Part shown: piece after piece, positions 57,652-64,000 of the stretch | How positions within the stretch are numbered: position 1 is the first letter of the stretch | Layout: each line of letters begins with the position of its first letter | Assembly: GCF_009914755.1 (NCBI RefSeq) | Contig: NC_060948.1 | DNA: 64,000 bases | Direction: 5' to 3' (one strand) | From: the human T2T-CHM13v2.0 reference genome, Homo sapiens | The notes under the pieces: model-generated | The model's input: the letters and a program-made list of their open reading frames with translations, nothing else | Database searches by the model: none | Told to the model about the DNA's origin: nothing | Translations under genes and position numbers: made by a program

Positions 57652-59756
57652 AGATCCATATTTTTTAAATGAAAAAAAATTTCAAAGGTACTCTGCTTGG
57701 TACAATAATCAAATGTATAAACTGAGGAATAAAACATAACCATGAAACCTACTTATAACTGCATATGGAAAATACAGAGGATAATTTTTTAAATAACATA
57801 TTTTGAAAGCCTTAACTAGTAATTTGAAGAGTTGGCATTTGAAAGGCCAGTATGAATATACCTTCAAAGCAGCAACACAGGTTCCCCATGAGAAACAGCA
57901 AACTCAGGGAAAATAAAACCACAAAAGTTCAAGCTCTTCTGACCTTTGAAAGACACAGCACAGACAGTGGTCCTTAGGACGAAGAGCAGGAGACCCCTAA
58001 TTCCGTCACCATGGCGATAGGGCATAAACATTGCTGGGTGAGGGCACAATCCACATTGTGAGGTCCAACTGCTGCCAGGAAGACAGGAGTGCTTTTACAT
58101 AGACCGAAAGGTCATTGAAGGCTCAGAGTTTTGTTTCAAGAACTGAATCCCAAGCCCACACGTTATTAGGCTGCGCTTCTTAAAACAAGTTATGAGATGG
58201 GAAAAAGGGCACCCACAAACAAACGTATACATTATGTATATAATAATATACAGTATCATATATAAAATATGTATAACCTATGTATAATATTGTTTTACAT
58301 CCTGCATCTTATATTATATATATTGTCTAAAATATAATAATTGATAATATATAAGTTTTATATTTATACAATATGACATATAGTATATATTATACTTTAT
58401 GACATATATAATATATGTTATATATCATATATAGAATATATTATACGGTTAATATACGTATTAAATATAAATTATACATTATATATATTATATAAAATAT
58501 ATCTGTTATATATAATACCCATTATGCATAATATATATATTATGTCTATGTTATATATAGTATAAAACAACATATAATAATATATAATTGTATATATAAA
58601 ATGCGACATATAATATATATTATATTTTATGACATATGTAATATATATTATATATTATATATAATACTTTGTATGTATAATACCTATATAAAATATATAT
58701 TATATGACTATGTTATTAATTACATGTCACATGTGTTATATATTATATATTTTACATAGAATATACCGGTTACATACAATATATACTATGTTACCTATAA
58801 TGTATAATTTATTACATGTAAAATAAAGAATGGAATATATTATGTATAATTTATAATATGCCATATGTGGAATGTGATATATATAACATATAATATATGA
58901 TATATGATATACAGTATATAATATATAACATACAATATATGATTCCTAAAATATATGGTATACAATATATATTTTATGATATGTATTCTATATGTTTTAT
59001 ATTCTGTTATATATAACTATTTGAAATTATATATAACTGTATAATATTTTATGTAAATATGTAATATAATATATATAACTATATAATATATTATATATAA
59101 CTATATATTATGTTATATATACTTTTATAACATAATTTACATAAAATATCGTAACATAATATATATTATATTATTTCATATTACATAATATATATTACAT
59201 ATCACCCAATATAACTAACATACATAATATTATAATATAGATTATATTATGTTATCTTAAATATCATATATATCATGTATCATATATTCTATAATATATA
59301 TTACACATTATATAATATGTATGTTTTCTATTATGTGATATATATAACTATATATATAATTATATTTTTATACATATAACTAGATAAACATGTAATTCTA
59401 CATATTTTCATTTATAATATGTAGAATTATATAATCATATATAATTATTTATATTCTATAAAAAATTTTATCATTATATAAATTATAATATATAAAAATT
59501 ATAATATGTACTACAAATATATATATTATATATCATATATGCTATAGTACCTTTGTTATATATCATAATACATATAAATGTGTATTATGTTATCTATAAT
59601 TATATAATTTCATATATAAGTTGTATAATATGTATCATATATTATATATGTTATGTAATATATATAGTATATATAAGATGACACAGGATAAATATTATAT
59701 ACTATGACATATAAAATATATGAGGTTATATGTTACATATAAGGCATAGCACATAA

Positions 59757-60071
<315 letters not shown>

Positions 60072-62176
60072 AGATCCATATTCTTTACATGAAAAAAAAT
60101 TTCAAAGGTACTCTGCTTGGTACAATAATCAAATGTATAAACTGAGGAATAAAACATAACCATGAAACCTACTTATAACTGCATATGGAAAATACAGAGG
60201 ATAATTTTTTAAATAACATATTTTGAAAGCCTTAACTAGTAATTTGAAGAGCTGGCATTTGAAAGGCCAGTATGAATATACCTTCAAAGCAGCAACACAG
60301 GTTCCCCATGAGAAAAAGCAAACAGAGGGAAAATAAAAACACAAAGGTTCAATCTCTTCTGACCTTTGAAAGACACAGCACAGACAGTGGTCCTTAGGAC
60401 GAAGAGCAGGAGACCCCTAATTCCGTCACCATGGCGATAGGGCATAAACATTGCTGGGTGAGGGCACAATCCACATTGTGAGGTCCAACTGCTGCCAGGA
60501 AGACAGGAGTGCTTTTACATAGACCGAAAGGTCATTGAAGGCTCAGAGTTTTGTTTCAAGAACTGAATCCCAAGCCCACACGTTATTAGGCTGCGCTTCT
60601 TTAAACAAGTTATGAGATGGGAAAAAGGGCACCCACAAACATACGTATACATTATGTATATAATAATATACAGTATCATATATATAATATATATAACCTA
60701 TGTATAATATTGTTTTACATCCTGCATCTTATGTTATATATATTGTATAAAATATAATAATTGATAATATATAAGTTTTATAATTATACAATATGACATA
60801 TAGTATATATTATAATTTATGACATATATAATATATGTTATATATCATATATAGAATATATTATACGGTTAATATACGTATTAAATATAAATTATACATT
60901 ATATATATTATATATAATATATCTGTTATATATAATACCCATTATGCATAATATATATATTATGTCTATGTTATATATAGTATAAAACAACATATAATAA
61001 TATATAATTGTATATATAAAATGCGACATATAATATATATTATATTTTATGACATATGTAATATATATTATATATTATATATAATACGTTGTATGTATAA
61101 TACCTATATTAAATATATATTATATGACTATGTTATAAATTACATGTCACATGTGTTATATATTATTTATTTTACATAGAATATACCGGTTACATACAAT
61201 ATATACTATGTTACCTATAATGTATAATTTATTACATGTAAAATAAAGAATGCAATATATTATGTATAATTTATAATATACCATATGTGGAATGTGATAT
61301 ATATAACATATAATATATGATATATGATATACAGTATATGATATATAACATACAATATATGATTCCTAATATATATGGTATACAATATATATTTTATGAT
61401 ATGTATCCTATATGTTTTATATTCTGTTATATATAACTATTTGAAATTATATATAACTGTATAATATTTTATGTAAATATGTAATATAATATATATAACT
61501 ATATAATATATTATATATAACTATATATTATATTATATATACTTTTATAACATAATTTACATAAAATATCATAATATAATATATATTATATTATTTCATA
61601 TTACATAATACATATTACATATCACCCAATATAACTAACATACATAATATTATAATATAGATTATATTATGTTATATTAAATATCATATATATCATGTAT
61701 CATATATTCTATAATATATATTACACATTATATAATATGTATGTTGTCTATTATGTGATATATATAACTATATATATAATTATATTTTTATACATATAAC
61801 TAGATAAACCTGTAATTCTACATATTTTCATTTATAATATGTAGAATTATATAATCATATATAATTATTTATATTCTATAAAAAATTTTATCATTATATA
61901 AATTATAATATATAAAAATTATAATATGTACTACAAATATATATATTATATATCATATATGCTATAGTACCTTTGTTATATATCATAATACATATAAATG
62001 TGTATTATGTTATCTATAATTATATAATTTCATATATAAGTTGTATAATATGTATCATATATTATATATGTTATGTAATATATATAGTATATATAAGATG
62101 ACACAGGATAAATACTATATACTATGACATATAAAATATATGAGGTTATATGTTACATATAAGGCATAGCACATAA

Positions 62177-62491
<315 letters not shown>

Positions 62492-64000
62492 AGATCCATA
62501 TTTTTTAAATGAAAAACAATTTCAAAGGTACTCTGCTTGGTACAATAATCAAATGTATAAACTGAGGAATAAAACATAACCATGAAACCTACTTATAACT
62601 GCATATGGAAAATACAGAGGATAATTTTTTAAATAACATATTTTGAAAGCCTTAACTAGTAATTTGAAGAGTTGGCATGTGAAAGGCCAGTATGAATATA
62701 CCTTCAAAGCAGCAACACAGGTTCCCCATGAGAAAAAGCAAACACAGGGAAAATAAAAACACAAAGGTTCAATCTCTTCTGACCTTTGAAAGACACAGCA
62801 CAGACAGTGGTCCTTAGGACGAAGAGCAGGAGACCCCTAATTCCGTCACCATGGCGATAGGGCATAAACATTGCTGGGTGAGGGCACAATCCACATTGTG
62901 AGGTCCAACTGCTGCCAGGAAGACAGGAGTGCTTTTACATAGACCGAAATGTCATTGAAGGCTCAGAGTTTTGTTTCAAGAACTGAATCCCAAGCCCACA
63001 CGTTATTAGGCTGCGCTTCTTAAAACAAGTTATGAGATGGGAAAAAGGGCACCCACAAACATACGTATACATTATGTATATAATAATATACAGTATCATA
63101 TATATAATATATATAACCTATGTATAATATTGTTTTACATCCTGCATCTTATGTTATATATATTGTATAAAATATAATAATTGATAATATATAAGTTTTA
63201 TATTTATACAATATGACATATAATATATATTATAATTTATGACATATATAATATATGTTATATATCATATATAGAATATATTATACGGTTAATATACGTA
63301 TTAAATATAAATTATAAATTATATATATTATATATAATATATCTGTTATATATAATAACCATTATGCATAATATATATATTATGTCTATGTTATATATAG
63401 TATCAAACAACATATAATAATATATAATTGTATATGTAAAATGCGACATATAATATATATTATATTTTATAACATATGTAATATATATTATATATTATAT
63501 ATAATACGTTGTATGAATAATACCTATATTAAATATATATTATATGACTATGTTATTAATTACATGTCACATGTGTTATATATTATATATTTTACATAGA
63601 ATATACCGGTTGCATACAATATATACTATGTTACCTATAATGTATAATTTATTACATGTAAAATAAAGAATGCAATATATTATGTATAATTTATAATATA
63701 CCATATGTGGAATGTGATATATATAACATATAATATATGATATATGATATACAGTATATGATATATAACATACAATATATGATTCCTAATATATATGGTA
63801 TACAATATATATTTTATGATATGTATTCTATACGTTTTATATTCTGTTATATATAACTATTTGAAATTATATATAACTGTATAATATTTTATGTAAATAT
63901 GTAATATAATATATATAACTATATAATATATTATATATAAATATATATTATGTTATATATACTTTTATAACATAATTTACATAAAATATCATAATATAAT

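Overview
The whole window is one uninterrupted head-to-tail tandem array of a ~2.42-kb composite unit (26 full units plus a partial one; unit lengths 2413-2421 bp). Each unit has three parts: a ~1.55-kb degenerate AT-rich tract, a 5'-clipped ~292-bp Alu on the minus strand, and a ~570-bp moderate-GC segment. This architecture, the period and a predicted ~2.15-kb HaeIII fragment match the human DYZ2/HSat1B satellite, whose large arrays lie in Yq12 heterochromatin; smaller HSat1B arrays on acrocentric short arms cannot be fully excluded. There are no credible protein or RNA genes, and the short ORFs are repeat artefacts. I found no new gene system. The notable signal is array evolution: multi-unit duplications (3-, 4- and ~11-unit offsets), a divergent sub-block carrying some Alu-consensus-like alleles, mosaic units at its borders, a cryptic 7-bp periodicity in the AT tract, and the frozen footprint of the founding Alu insertion. 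Variant comparisons were made by eye, not by alignment.
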